Shown here in pieces: positions 50,790 through 63,489 of a stretch of DNA of 64,000 bases. The translations under genes were made by a program, and so were the position numbers. The stretch comes from Octopus sinensis (taxonomy: Eukaryota). Numbering within the stretch: position 1 is the first letter of the stretch; the number at the start of each line of letters is the position of its first letter. The notes under the pieces were generated by a model. It saw nothing but the letters and a program-made list of their open reading frames with translations. It did not search any database and was not told where the DNA came from. The stretch is taken from the NCBI RefSeq assembly GCF_006345805.1, contig NC_042998.1, positions 27,466,001-27,530,000 on the forward strand, read 5' to 3'.

Positions 50790-51656
50790 GCTGAGTAGGG
50801 GTCTGAATTACTTTGCCACATCCGAAGCATCAAAAACACCCTCTCCCAATTTCTTTCCTCCTACGTAGAAAGCACATAACAGGTAATCCCATTCAGCCTC
50901 GCCTGGCTTATCAGTCCCATCCCCCTCTCACCCTTCTCACCCTCACCTTTTGCCGAACATTAGAAGACAGCATCAACTTCTTTATCCTCACTTACCCCCT
51001 TGAATTGGTTCTTGGAAAAGTTGATCAGAGCTTGACCTCAGAGGAAACTACCTGCGTTCAGATCGTTCAACAGCTACATGATAGATGAAATCTTAGCCAC
51101 CCTTCGTCACCAGAAAAGCTGACGTGTCGATTATCTCTGAAGTCTTAACGGGTATCCGTATTGCCCTACATGCAACAGTAATTTGATTGGCACAGCCTCA
51201 CGAGTCAGTAATGCATGAACACGCAGGACTGTTTTGTCGGTCTCTTGCCATCTCGGATAGGTTCATCTGTTGGCACTTCTGTGCCTGTAGAGCTTGTCTC
51301 GAACAGATATCTCACCACCACGTACCACTTTCATGCAAAGAACTCTCGGGAACTGTCAGAGGACCTCGGCTTAAATTCTCCAGAATTGACACTTAGACAC
51401 CCAGAGCCATTCTTAGACCATCCTATTCTATTTTCGCTTCAAGAAATTTATTGCTTTCTTTACGAGAATCTCGGCGAATTCTCGTGTCTTTGTGTTTTTA
51501 TTCAAAATGGAGACGAACACCATTCCTCCATTTGATCGGCTTGAAAAATTAAGATATTTAGATATTTTTTCATAACATGAAATTAATGGTAGCCTTAATA
51601 CACAAATAAAGAAACTCTGTCTACCAATGCGATGTTGAGCATTCATTCTCATCGTT

Positions 51657-51689
<33 letters not shown>

Positions 51690-51738
51690 ACACACACACA
51701 CACACACCACACACACACAACACACAACACACACACAC

Positions 51739-51775
<37 letters not shown>

Positions 51776-52611
51776 AAAATAGCGTGCGCGTATGTGGTAA
51801 ATCACTTTTAAGTTGAAAATTAATCTGTTCGACTTGTCAGAATCTACGATTCAAAAAGTGATTACATTTGCTTTTATGAAGTTTTAAAGCGATTTCATGA
51901 CGAAAATCACATGACCAATACAATATTCTTCTGAGTTATGGAAAAAAATTCTAGTTATAAGAAACCGCACACACACACACATATTTACGCTAAAGAAATA
52001 TTCGAATATCAAATATCATTATAAGAATAGTCTTTTAAAATTTTAAAAATCCTTGATTTGAAGGTCTACTAAGTCTGTCACTTTCCAAGAAAACCGCTTG
52101 GATGATTGCAAGTTTTAGAGCTAACCACGCTACAGTCTTCTTATGTATTAGTTTCCTAATTTGACTGGCTGCAAATGGAGTTTCTTGGCAAAATATGAAA
52201 ACGTGTATTAGAAAAATGATATTTTACACTTAACACTACTTACTGGAGAAATATTAAACCGGTCAAAGCACGTAACGTAGGATATTTTATGACGCTGCTC
52301 AGGGAGCAATATTCTAGATTGTGTTATAAATAGGAAAATACTCCGATCGTGTTACAGTAATCTCCGTTTGTTGGATCATTGCACACAGTCTTTACTTTCT
52401 TTATTCCACCCACACAGCAATGATATTTTCTGTTCTAATCGTGCTGGCACCGTCAAATCCCAACACTAATCTCTGTTTCTATTTCTCGCTTTTTATGTCT
52501 TTCTCATTCGACGGTTATGATAAACGGTACACACGCCATTTCTTCTGCACAAACCAGAAACCTGTATGGCATTTGCCTTTATTTCCTTTATAGGCCTGTA
52601 TTCTCGAAAGT

Positions 52612-52646
<35 letters not shown>

Positions 52647-52724
52647 ATGTATGTATGTATGTATGTATGTATGTATGTATATGTAATAAATGTGTGTGTG
52701 TATATATATATATATAACCATTGA

Positions 52725-52905
52725 CCGCTAACTGCGCAAGTTTTTTTTATTCTCTCTCTGTTTATTTCCTCGTTTTCTTTCTGTTGAAGAGCATAGGCTC
52801 GAAACGTAAAAAGACTTTCTCACCTTCCCGAGCGCCAAACTAATACACCTGCTTGTTGTTTATACACCTGTCTTCGTCTTTTGTTTTTCTGTAAATTTTA
52901 ACTAT
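52725..52905 (+). repeat. Repeat-like segment carrying a minimal type-I hammerhead-like motif (52773-52815)
   Basis: tcttt-CTGTTGA-a-gagc(atag)gctc-GAAAC-GTA-aaaagac; only one copy in the window. Confidence 0.5.
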
Positions 52906-53536
52906 TTATATGTTTGTGCATACACAAACATATTGCACATGTGACTCTCTGTTCTACACTGTTTTCTTCCTCCTACCTTCTTTAATTCCCCTTTTCTCCC
53001 CTCCCATTCACCGTTTTCTATCTGTCTCTCTCTTCCTACTTTCTCTTTCTCTCTCGTTGCTTACACGTGACCATCGTCCATCTTTTTTTCCTCACGTGAC
53101 CATTTTTATTTTCCTGCACGGACTTTTAAAAGAACGGACGTGTTTCTCTCTCTCTCTTCTATATTTTCTCTCTTCAAAAAAAAAAAAAAAACACAAAAAG
53201 AATGTTTCTTCTAGCGTTCATTATTTCCCTCTCTTTCTGATCTAACGACCCACCATGTTTTTTTCCGTTCGGTTTTTTTGTATGTCTCCACTATCATTAG
53301 TTTGTTCCCAACTTTGACCTTTCATAAATCCTAAATTTATTTTAGAATTTACGGTAGCAACTGTCTTTGAAGACTCATATTGTCGGTGAATGCTCGAAAT
53401 GAGGAGTAGATAGACAGTCGGCAACTGACGATGGGTCGTTTCTCTGTGTTTACTTGTCCTGTTTTCCACTATTTTCTCGTTGTTTACGTATTTCACGTTA
53501 TTTGAACCGTTAGTGACGACCTGTAACAATATATGC

Positions 53537-53585
<49 letters not shown>

Positions 53586-54580
53586 GGCGAATAAAATGCC
53601 GCATAAATTAAGGGCAAATCATTTTTTACCTCCGCCGATATATGACACTCAATTGCGAGATTGCCACGCAATAACCAGCATTTGGGTATAAATAATTGGG
53701 TATATTGGATAGGCACTATCCCTTAGTTGGTTGGTTTTCCAACCTCTAACTCTCACAGAAATATATATATATATGTAATTTTAGTTATTTTACAATGCTC
53801 AAAAGCTGTTGTATTCACTTTTCGTTGATTTAGCAGTAATACTTATCATTTTTTTGTGATTTGATTTCCGAAACATGTCTATTAACTTTCAACTCTGTTA
53901 GCAACTAGGTCAAAGAAAACCTATGAAATGATTTGGCACTTCACAACAGACAGATACTATTAATAAAACAACGAAATGTGAAATTGGTTAAAAACGACTC
54001 GTCTCCCCTATGGAATTGTTTCCGTTTGAATACATGGCCTTAGACCAATTCATTTGCTAAACAAATATTGCTTCGACACACGCATACACACAAACACACT
54101 GTGTGTATGTGTATAAATATATATATGTTGTGTTTATGTGCGCGTATGTATAAGTATGTAAATATGTATGCATGCACACATTGTCTGCGTTAATTTCTCG
54201 AAATCAAAAAAAAAAAAAAAAGCTGTCGTGTTGTTACGTGCTCAGGAGAACATCGTAAGGTCACTTAAGTGTTACTATTAAGCGTGAATATGAATTATTA
54301 AAGGAACAGGTCCTACGAAAGGTGATTTGCTTCTTTTGAAATGCTATGAGCAACAAACTGAACAAAACACTGCTGCGTCTTATATACCTTTTGATAACTT
54401 GTATTTGTGTCGGTTATGATGTTGATGGTGATGATGGAATAGGAAAACGGTTGGAACAGAAAATATACGAGTGGATAAAAGTTTAGAATAGCAAAAGAAT
54501 TAGAGAATAAGACAAAAGTAAAATTAATTGAAACATGACTAAGGCTGAGTTACATACATACGTCATCACGGTATTATCTA

Positions 54581-54884
54581 CACAGGATCAGATACTGCAA
54601 CAGATTGAGGTTTAAGGGCCCACAGATCTTCAATATCTTACCCAAAAGCTTGAGAGACCTACATGGGGTAGATTTAGACGGTCCTTAAAACAAAACTGGA
54701 TCTCCTCCAGTCAATTGTCTAATATAATTTCGCTTGTTTCTCTAATACAGTGGTTCCTAAAGTGGGCGATACTGCCCCCCCCCGTGAGCGGTGAAAAGAT
54801 CAAAAGGGGCGTTGAAGAAAAGTGGGGCAATAATAGGATGGCCAAAAGGGGGCGATGGATGTAACCCTCCCCCAAAGAAAAATA
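54581..54884 (+). mobile_element. Composite: CR1-like fragment (54581-54714) joined to flank and 5' half of the hAT MITE (54718-54884)
   Basis: Matches 55580-55712 and 62588-62750 respectively. Confidence 0.85.
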
Positions 54885-55469
54885 TCTAATATTTCTTGAC
54901 AACCATCAATCCCAACCTGTCACCCAGCAAACTAAGATATTTGTTTCTGTATAATATTTACTACGTAATAGTAATATGTGGAACACTGTTGCGACGGCGA
55001 GGATTCAACTTGATCAGAACTACGTTATGTAACATACATTATGCAATGTATAGCTGTTGATAATAGTTTTAAATGGCGAGGAGATGCTAATGGGAAACCA
55101 TTGAAGGAAATATATGACAGACGCTTGCTGTCTTCGCGATTGAATAGATAAATTTCTTTAGAATTTAATTGTATTAACTGATGATTGCGATTTTTTAAAC
55201 TTACGGTTAAAGAAAATAAACCATTATTTATATGAGATGTTTCTATACGTAAATGTTATAAGTATTAGACGATTTATATGAGATGTTTCTATACGTAAAT
55301 GTTATAAGTATTAGACGATTAAGTAAAACCCCAACAGCAGATAGTACCATCGAATCCAAGTTTTTGAAGCAGTTATCTTTAATGTAGAACCAGGTGACTT
55401 GTCGACTGCTTTTGTGGACCCTTCAGATGTTGACGAGGAAATATTTAAGTAATAAATTTAAACAATCTG

Positions 55470-55880
55470 GTGGAGAAGATATGCAGTTATATACATCTGG
55501 AAGATCTTGAAAATACTTATACTAAACTTTGGCATTGAAATTTACACAAACAACAGACGATCCAAACATTGCCATTAGGACACAGGACCAGATACTGCAA
55601 CAGATTGAGGTTTAAGGGCCCACAGATCTTCAATATCCTCCCCAAAAGCTTGAGAGACCTACATGGAGTGGATGTAGGGGTCTTTAAAACAAAACTGAAT
55701 CTCCTCCAGTCAAAAGTTCCCGATGAATCTGCCTTGAGGCAGGAAACGTATATGAGGGCAGCATCATCAAACTCCCTCATAAGTTTCAAGTAGTGAAAGT
55801 GTAGCAAAGCTAACTGCAGTGCTCCAGTATGGCAGCGGCTTTCAAGCTGAAACTAGTAGAAAAGAATTAAAAGAAAAAAA
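55470..55880 (+). mobile_element. CR1/L2-like LINE 3' fragment (a further tail at about 62510-62580)
   Basis: RRYAVIYIWKIL...RLRFKGPQIFNILPKSLRDLHGVDVGVFKTKL; homologous to 35530-36105. Confidence 0.85.
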
Positions 55881-56487
55881 TCTGCCATAGTATGACCTAA
55901 AACTAAGAGAATATGCTTTTTCTGTAGGAAAATCGAGGATCCCTTTTCGTACCTCACGTCCAGTTAAAACTTGTTTGTCGAAGGAATAAAAAAGGTAGGG
56001 CATTCGACTGTTATTGTCAGCCGGTCTAATGACCACATCCCTCTGCTCCATGGTCTGAGGCATTTTTAATTATCGATCTGGATTTGTTTCTCTGATGACT
56101 GTGTTCCTTGTTTTTGGGTCCTCTGTACCTTCTATAATAACAGCGAAAATTAATGACAGGATAGTTGAAATGTTCCTATTTGGCAGTCTTATCTAAAAAT
56201 CTTATGTTTGAAAGTTAGCTAACCAACTCAACATACATACATACATGTCTAGATATGTAACTATATGCATGAGAATACATACATAAAGCATACAAATCTG
56301 CACATGCATATATACATACATATAAACAAAAATACCCTTTTGTTGATGTTGAAATTCCAATGAAGGGACCTTGGATCTAGGTTAGAAACCGGTTCTTTCT
56401 TGGCAAGAAATCTTGACATAAACTGAATCACACACACACACATACATCAACAGGAGATTGGGAAAATATTTTGGTATTTATTCACCA

Positions 56488-56659
56488 TAGGCGCAGGAGT
56501 GGCTGTGTGGTAAGTAGCTTGCTAACCAACCACATGGTTCCGGGTTCAGTCCCACTGTGTGGCATCTTGGCAAGTGTCTTCTGCTATAGCCCCGGGCCGA
56601 CCAATGCCTTGTGAGTGGATTTGGTAGACGGAAACTGAAAGAAGCCTGTCGTATATATG

Positions 56660-56734
<75 letters not shown>

Positions 56735-56925
56735 TTGTCCCCCTAGCATTGCTTGACAACCGATGCTGGTGTGTTTACGTCCCCGTCACTTAGCGGTTCG
56801 GCAAAAGAGACCGATAGAATAAGTACTGGGCTTACAAAGAATAAGTCCCGGAGTCGATTTTCTCGACTAAAGGCGGTGCTCCAGCATGTCCGCAGTCACA
56901 TGACTGAAACAAGTAAAAGAGTAAT
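56488..56925 (+). mobile_element. SINE-A, young, full length
   Basis: Family similarity. Confidence 0.92.
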
Positions 56926-57339
56926 TACATGCGTTTCATTTGCTAATAGGAGTTACAAAATTGTACACGCACGAGAAACATGTTCAGATGGAATCAAATA
57001 ATAGAAAATTTACACTTGGATGAAGCTCTTATCTATAGTCAGTAATCAGGAGTCTAATGAAGGGGATAATTAAAAAAAAAAAGCTAATAATATATGAGAT
57101 TAAATTTTTTAATTCCAAGCAGAGAATTATGTTCTGATCCAGAACGCCTTCTACTTCTTGAAGAGATATCTTTACCTCAAAAATAGCAAGTAATTACCAT
57201 GTATACTTGGATTCTCCCTACACTACATTAAATCGACCCTTTCCTTCTCTTCGAACATTAGGCCATTAACTGATGAAAACTTTCATCTCTTCGAGGACGA
57301 TATAGACTGCATCAATTCTAGGAAAAATGATACTGGTTC

Positions 57340-57520
57340 CATATTTCGGTATAAGGTCAGCAATTTCGGGGAAGGGGCTAAGTCTCTTAAATCGACCCCG
57401 GTGGTCAATTGGCACTCCGAAAGGATGACAGGCAAAGTCGACCCCCGGCGGTATTTGAACCCAGAATGTAAAGACGGACGAAATGCAGTGTGCTACAGAT
57501 TTTGCCCGTTCGCCACCTTT
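57340..57520 (-). mobile_element. SINE-B (tail 3 variant)
   Basis: Family similarity. Confidence 0.75.
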
Positions 57521-57550
57521 GTGCGAAAATGATATTAAACGGGTGGCTGT

Positions 57551-57754
57551 TGTTGTTGTTAAGCAACAAGACGGGTAAGGGTGATTAAGTGATGGTCTAG
57601 GGCTTAGGGGTGGGAGACCCCTGACCTTGGGAAAAAAAAAACTTTGGTCGTTTTGTTGTAGTCGAGGGCTCTTCGTTGACGCCCGACACCACTGGGAGGT
57701 GGCCCTCGAAGTCGCTGGAAATCGAGATCTCCTGGTCCAATTCTTGAACGGCTA
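57551..57754 (-). mobile_element. Unclassified GC-rich insertion with (AAC)n tail and 15-bp TSD
   Basis: taaacgggtggctgt at about 57536-57550 and 57754-57768. Confidence 0.55.
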
Positions 57755-58219
57755 AACGGGTGGCTGTGGCGACTGTCTGTAAAGATTTGCATCTTGCTGT
57801 TATTGATGTAGCTGTTGTTGCAACATTAACTCAATGTGGTAGATTTGTGACATTTTTTTATCAAGTTCCTTAAACAATTCTGACAAACAAAACAAAACAA
57901 AATTCCACATTGCCGAAGGAAAAAAAAAAAAAAAAGAAAAAAAAAGAAAGAAAGAAAAAGAAGCTTATGTAGTCATTGAAGCTGTGAGAAAATGGAAACA
58001 TTTCCTCATGAAACATTTTAATTTCGTGGCAGATCAAAGACCCGTTTCATTCATGTTACCATAAAATCAATAAAAGAAAAAAAATGATAAAATTCCAACG
58101 TTGGAGAATCGAACTTTTTCCTGCCATTTACTATGAACTATTGATCTGGCTTGGAGAATTTTACAGATAGCCATCGTTCCTGTACTTGTGGTTCTACTTT
58201 GGAATCTATAAAAGCCTTA

Positions 58220-58920
58220 GGCATGGCTGTGTGCTAAGATGTTTGCTTCTCGACTACAAAGTTCCGGGTTCAGTCCCCACTGCGTAGCACTTTGAGTAAG
58301 TACCGAGCCAGCCAAAGCCTTGTGTGTGGATTTGGTAGACGGAAACTTGTATGTATGTATGTATGTATGTGTGTGTATGTGTGTGTGTGTGTGTGTGTGT
58401 GTAGGCGCAATGGCCCAGTGGTTAGGGCAGCGGACTCGCGGTTTTGATTCACTGAGCGTTGTGTGTGTTTATTGAGTGAAAACACCTAAAAGCTCCACGA
58501 GGCTCCGGCAGGGGTTGGTGGCGACCCCTGTTGTAGTCTTTCGCCACAACCTTCTCTCACTCTCTCTTCCTGTTTCTTGAGTAACACTGTGATGAACTGG
58601 CGTCCAGTCCAGCTGGGGGGGGGGGGCACATACGCCACAGAAGCCGGGACACTGGGCCCATGAGCCTGGCTAGGCTTGAAAAGGGCGAAAAAAATGTATG
58701 TGTAAATGTGTCCTCTCCACCACTGCTTGACCATCGGTGTTTGTGTGTTTACGTCCCTGTAACTTAGCGGTTCAGCAAAAAAAAAGTCCGATACAATAAG
58801 GATACCAGGGTTTACAAGAAAATATTAAATACTATGGTCGATTCGTTCTACTAAAAAAATCTTTAAGGCGGTGCTCCAGCATGGCCGCAATGACTGAAAT
58901 ATGTAAAAAAAAAAGAGTAA
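58220..58920 (+). mobile_element. SINE-A interrupted by a SINE-D variant (58402-58685)
   Basis: SINE-A head and core before the insertion, tail after it. Confidence 0.8.
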
Positions 58921-59199
58921 GAAAAAAGAATTCAAAATAGTACATCCTAGTGTATGAAGAATGTCCAAGAACATTCATTTATATAAAAGTAAACAACCCG
59001 CCATCTTCTAACGAAGTGTAGTATATCTGTTCAAATTGTGATGTATCTAACAAAATTAAATCAAGCATTTATCAACTAAAAGGTACTTCTCGTGTAAAAG
59101 CTACGCGTTCATTTGAACACTCAACAGTAGACTTTATAGGACTTCTTGTGCTAGTAATTCGAATGCATCGATAATTAATTTTTGTTTTCAAAACGCCTA

Positions 59200-59440
59200 G
59201 CCATACCTATTTCTTTACTACCCACAAGGGGCTAAACACAGAGAGGACAAACAAGGACAGACAAACGGATTAAGTCGATTATATCGACCCCAGTGCGTAA
59301 CTGGTACTTATTTAATCGATCCTGAAAGGATGAAAGGCAGAGTCGACCTCGGCGGAATTTGAACTCAGAACGTAGCGGCAGACGAAATACGGCTACGCAT
59401 TTCGCCCGGCGTGCTAACGTTTCTGCCAGGTCGCCGCCTT
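59200..59440 (-). mobile_element. SINE-B (tail 1), young
   Basis: Family similarity. Confidence 0.9.
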
Positions 59441-60112
59441 GTCCATACCATGATGTGAGATCCCCTTTTAGAATGTCTCCCTATTTTTTCTTTGAATGCT
59501 GTTGTTTATTTATTCGGATAGGTCATTGGAGTGCCCATTCGTATCTTCTGAGTTGAATCAATTCTTAAATAGCCAATAGAATTCTACAAGACGTATGACT
59601 CCATCGAACCGCTTAAGGAATATATCCAGTTCAAACTGGATCGATAAATAAACTAATCTGCTTCAAGAAAATTGCCAAATAAATCAAAACCACTTTACTT
59701 TCATTGAATCACTTGCGTCTTCATCCAATAACCTTAAATCTCTCTGGAGAATTCTGAATGTGTACCGCTTCGTAGAATTTATAAACCAGTTTGGCGTTTA
59801 AATGTTTGAATTAAATTTTTAATAAGATGTAACTACCATTTTTTGATTAGTTGTATTATTCAAACAATGAAATATACAAGCACACAAGACACACATACAC
59901 ATACCAAGCACATAGACATACACACAGATATAGACGCGAGCGCATGTGCAGATAGGGACACGTTCCACAGAAACAAGATGGAATGGACAGGACAGGGCAA
60001 AGTCAGAGAGGAGAGGAGACAAGAGAAACAAATAGTCACTGAAGAGGTCACAGAATGTGTAACAAAAGAACTCCGACAAATAAACTAATAATAATAATAA
60101 TAATAATAATAT

Positions 60113-60360
60113 AAATATAAAGACTTGCTAATAGAAATTGAAAAAATGTGGCATCTCAAGGCGACTACAATACCAGTGATTGTAGGATCTCTAGGAATGA
60201 TAAAAAAAGGTACTGAAACCTATTTGAAAATGATACCAGGCTTACCATCCCTACAGGAAGTGCAAAAAATCGTATTAACTGGAACGGCTCATGTACTGAG
60301 AAGAGCATTATCGCTGTGAAAACAACATCCATTCATGAATTTATTTATTTATTAATTCTT
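60113..60360 (+). mobile_element. 5'-truncated Dong/R4-clade non-LTR retrotransposon (C-terminus of the RLE domain) next to (TAA)n
   Basis: KYKDLLIEIEKMWHLKATTIPVIVGSLGMI...EVQKIVLTGTAHVLRRALSL*. Confidence 0.8.
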
Positions 60361-61454
60361 AAATATATTTTACCTGTGAATTTGCGTGTGTAATCTGGGA
60401 ATGCATACAATGAGCTTCTCTGCCCTACGTGTACGGAAAATACTCAGCGAGAAACGGAAGAAAATTTGAAGAAAGAAGGGAAAAAATAATAAAGTTAAAG
60501 TGAAGATCAAATAAATAGGACGCGTGAATTTATTGGCGAAATGACCGTCCCTAAATAAAACAACATCAGTTTCAAAACGCGATTTCACATCAAAAATCTT
60601 GCAAAAGAAATACTTAAATGTATTATATAACTTCATACTTAATAAACAATGTAACCATGGAGTTTGAAATGTCTAACATTTGTAATTGATGGGATTAGAA
60701 ATAAACAAATGGGTTTACTACCTTAATTTATTCGATATATGACAATAAGTTACGTATTACACAGTTAGTAATAATTTATATAAAGAGGAAACTGCGTGGA
60801 GGATTAGTACATATCTATAAAAGCAGTTTTGTCCCTGACATTGTCTTCCGGTACATACATAAGCTATGGCTGCTGATGTGTACACCGGAAGATAAAGAAT
60901 GTATGATGTATGCATTAATGTAGACACGCGAGTGGTAACAGTTTATTAGATGAGGGGGAAACTAGGATGGTTAAAAGCTGCTTATCTAGAAAAGCAGTTA
61001 CGACTCTGACATCTTCTTCCGGTACACATTTAAGCTTTGGCTGCTGATGACACATATGTCTCTTTCAGACTGATTAAATGATGCTACCTGGAATTTTATC
61101 ACCAAGTTGTAATTACAGAGACAAACGTTGACATGAATGTTTGCGAAATATTTAAGAGGATAAGTGAAGCTAACAGTTACAAATACAAATAAAATGTTTT
61201 TTGTCGGAATGACCAAGCTAGATCATGTCAAATATCAGCTAGGCGCATCTGAAAGAAAATTGCTTATAAATGATGCTTATTGTATGTATATGCTCCTTAA
61301 CTTTTCCACGCTTTATTCTCCCTATAGCGGGAATAGGTTAAACGTCATCTCTGCCGGATTCCCGGTTAAGCAATAATGAACAACACACAGAAAAAGATGC
61401 AGCCGGTTTCTGTCGATTGGTTTGCCTGCAATCGTTACTCTTGAAATGTATACT

Positions 61455-61662
61455 GTTTTACTCCTTTACTGGTTTCAGTCATTTGGCTGCGGCCATGCTG
61501 GAGCACCACCTTTAGTCGAGAAAATCGACCCCCAGGACATATTCTTTGTAAGCCTAGTATTTATTCTATCGGTCTCTTTTGCCGAACCGCAAAAATACGG
61601 GGAGATGTAAACACACCAGCATCGGTTGTCAAGCGATGTTGGGGGGACTAACAGACACACAA

Positions 61663-61761
<99 letters not shown>

Positions 61762-61925
61762 GACGGGGTTCTTTTAGTTTCTGTCTACCAAATCCACTCA
61801 CAAGACTTTAGTCAACCTGAGGTTATAGTAGAAGACACTTGTCCAAGGTGCCACGCAGTGGGAGTGAACCCGGAACTATGTGGTTGCTAAGCAAGCTACT
61901 TAACACACAGCCACTCCTGCGCCTA
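61455..61925 (-). mobile_element. SINE-A, full length
   Basis: Family similarity. Confidence 0.9.
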
Positions 61926-62111
61926 TATCTGTATATGCAACTATTTATTTATTTTTTTACTCAGGACCCCCGGTGAAGGGTAAAGATAGACACAGGGGCC
62001 CTGGTCTGACAGGGTTAACACGTAAACACCACAGACCCAAAATAACACTCGTTAAACACAAGACACAAGCAACACAGTACATACACACATACTACATTTT
62101 GAAGCATTCAT

Positions 62112-62183
<72 letters not shown>

Positions 62184-62617
62184 CGGCAATTCACCATGTC
62201 TCCCTTCACTCCGCTGTCTTCGAAAACCAAACTTAGCCTGCTCACTACGTCCGGTCAGACAACGGCTAACTATTTATAAAACCCAACACGGGTGGAACAC
62301 TTACCTGAATATTTTCACTCGTCCTTTCCTTCTCCCTTCTCACTCTCCATAAATATTCTGAAAAAGGACAATATGTAAACCGAATGTACTCTTGTCAAGA
62401 GTTCCGGATGAGCCTACTTCGTGAGAGGAAGCGCAGAGGAGGGCAATAACATCAAACTCCTTCACTTAACCGAATACCATTTATAAGAGGAGATTTCAAG
62501 TATTGAAGGTACATCAAAGCTAAGGGCAGTGCCCCAGCATGGCCGTAGCTCTTGAGCTGAAACTAGTCAAAGAGTTAAAGGGAATTTTCTAATATAATTT
62601 CGATTGTTTCTCTAATG

Positions 62618-62928
62618 CAGTGGTTCCCAAAGTGGGCAGCACTGCCCCTCTGTGGGCGGTGGAAAGATCAAGGGAGGCGTTGAAGAAAAGTGGGGCAATA
62701 ATAGGATGGTCAAAAGGGGGCGATAGATGTAACCCTCCCCCAAAGAAAAATAATGGGTTGATTAGATTAAGTTTTAATTGTGAAATACTGCTGTTTTTGA
62801 ATTTGCTGCAGAGAGCGGTCTACGTTTGTGATGCTGGGAGTGTGTATGTGTGGGGAGGGGGCGTGCGGGGTAGGAATGTGGCTCGAGTGTCAAGGGGGCC
62901 GCAGCTCGAAAAAGTTTGGGAACCACTG
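62618..62928. mobile_element. hAT (Charlie-like) MITE with perfect 8-bp TSD CTCTAATG
   Basis: TIRs cagtggttcccaaa / tttgggaaccactg; TSD at 62610-62617 and 62929-62936. Confidence 0.92.
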
Positions 62929-63149
62929 CTCTAATGGAACGTTGATGGTAAGTCTTTCTAGGTCTAGGGTGGAGATGATACTTTTTCTGTCTCTCTTTCT
63001 TCTAAGATGTCTATGGAGATGCCTCCAACCACGTGATACTACAATTCCCTGAAAAGTATTTCTTGAAGGTTTTTATATCTTTTTGGAATAGTAGGGGTCG
63101 GTTGGTAATGATTTGTATGTGTATTTCTACTGCACTGTATGTATATGTG

Positions 63150-63460
63150 AAGGCGCGCGGCGGCTTAGTGGTTAGGGTATTCGGTTTCAGATCATGAGTT
63201 CGATTCCCGGCGACGTGTTGTGCCCTTGAGCAAGACACTCTATTTCACGTTGCTCCAGTCCACTCAGCTGGCAAAAATGAGTAGTACCTGTATTTCAAAG
63301 GGTCGGCCTTGTCACATTTTGTATTAAGCTGCATCTCCTACATTAAGGGTACACGTGTCTGTGGAGTGCTCAACCACTTGCATGTTAATTTCACGAGCGG
63401 ACTGTTCCATCGAACGGATCAACTGGAACACTCATTGTCGTAAGCGACGGAGTGCCAGCT
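63150..63460 (+). mobile_element. SINE-E (tRNA-derived head), single copy in window
   Basis: Box A ggcttagtgg, Box B gagttcgattcc, followed by gtgcccttgagcaagacact. Confidence 0.65.
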
Positions 63461-63489
63461 ATATATAGCCAGCTATATATATAGTGCAG

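Noticed and set aside
50705-50792. Poly-Ser coding tract (AGT/AGC) on the minus strand
   Set aside because: Flanked by an upstream stop, a weak acceptor and an early downstream stop; cannot be distinguished from a neutral trinucleotide repeat
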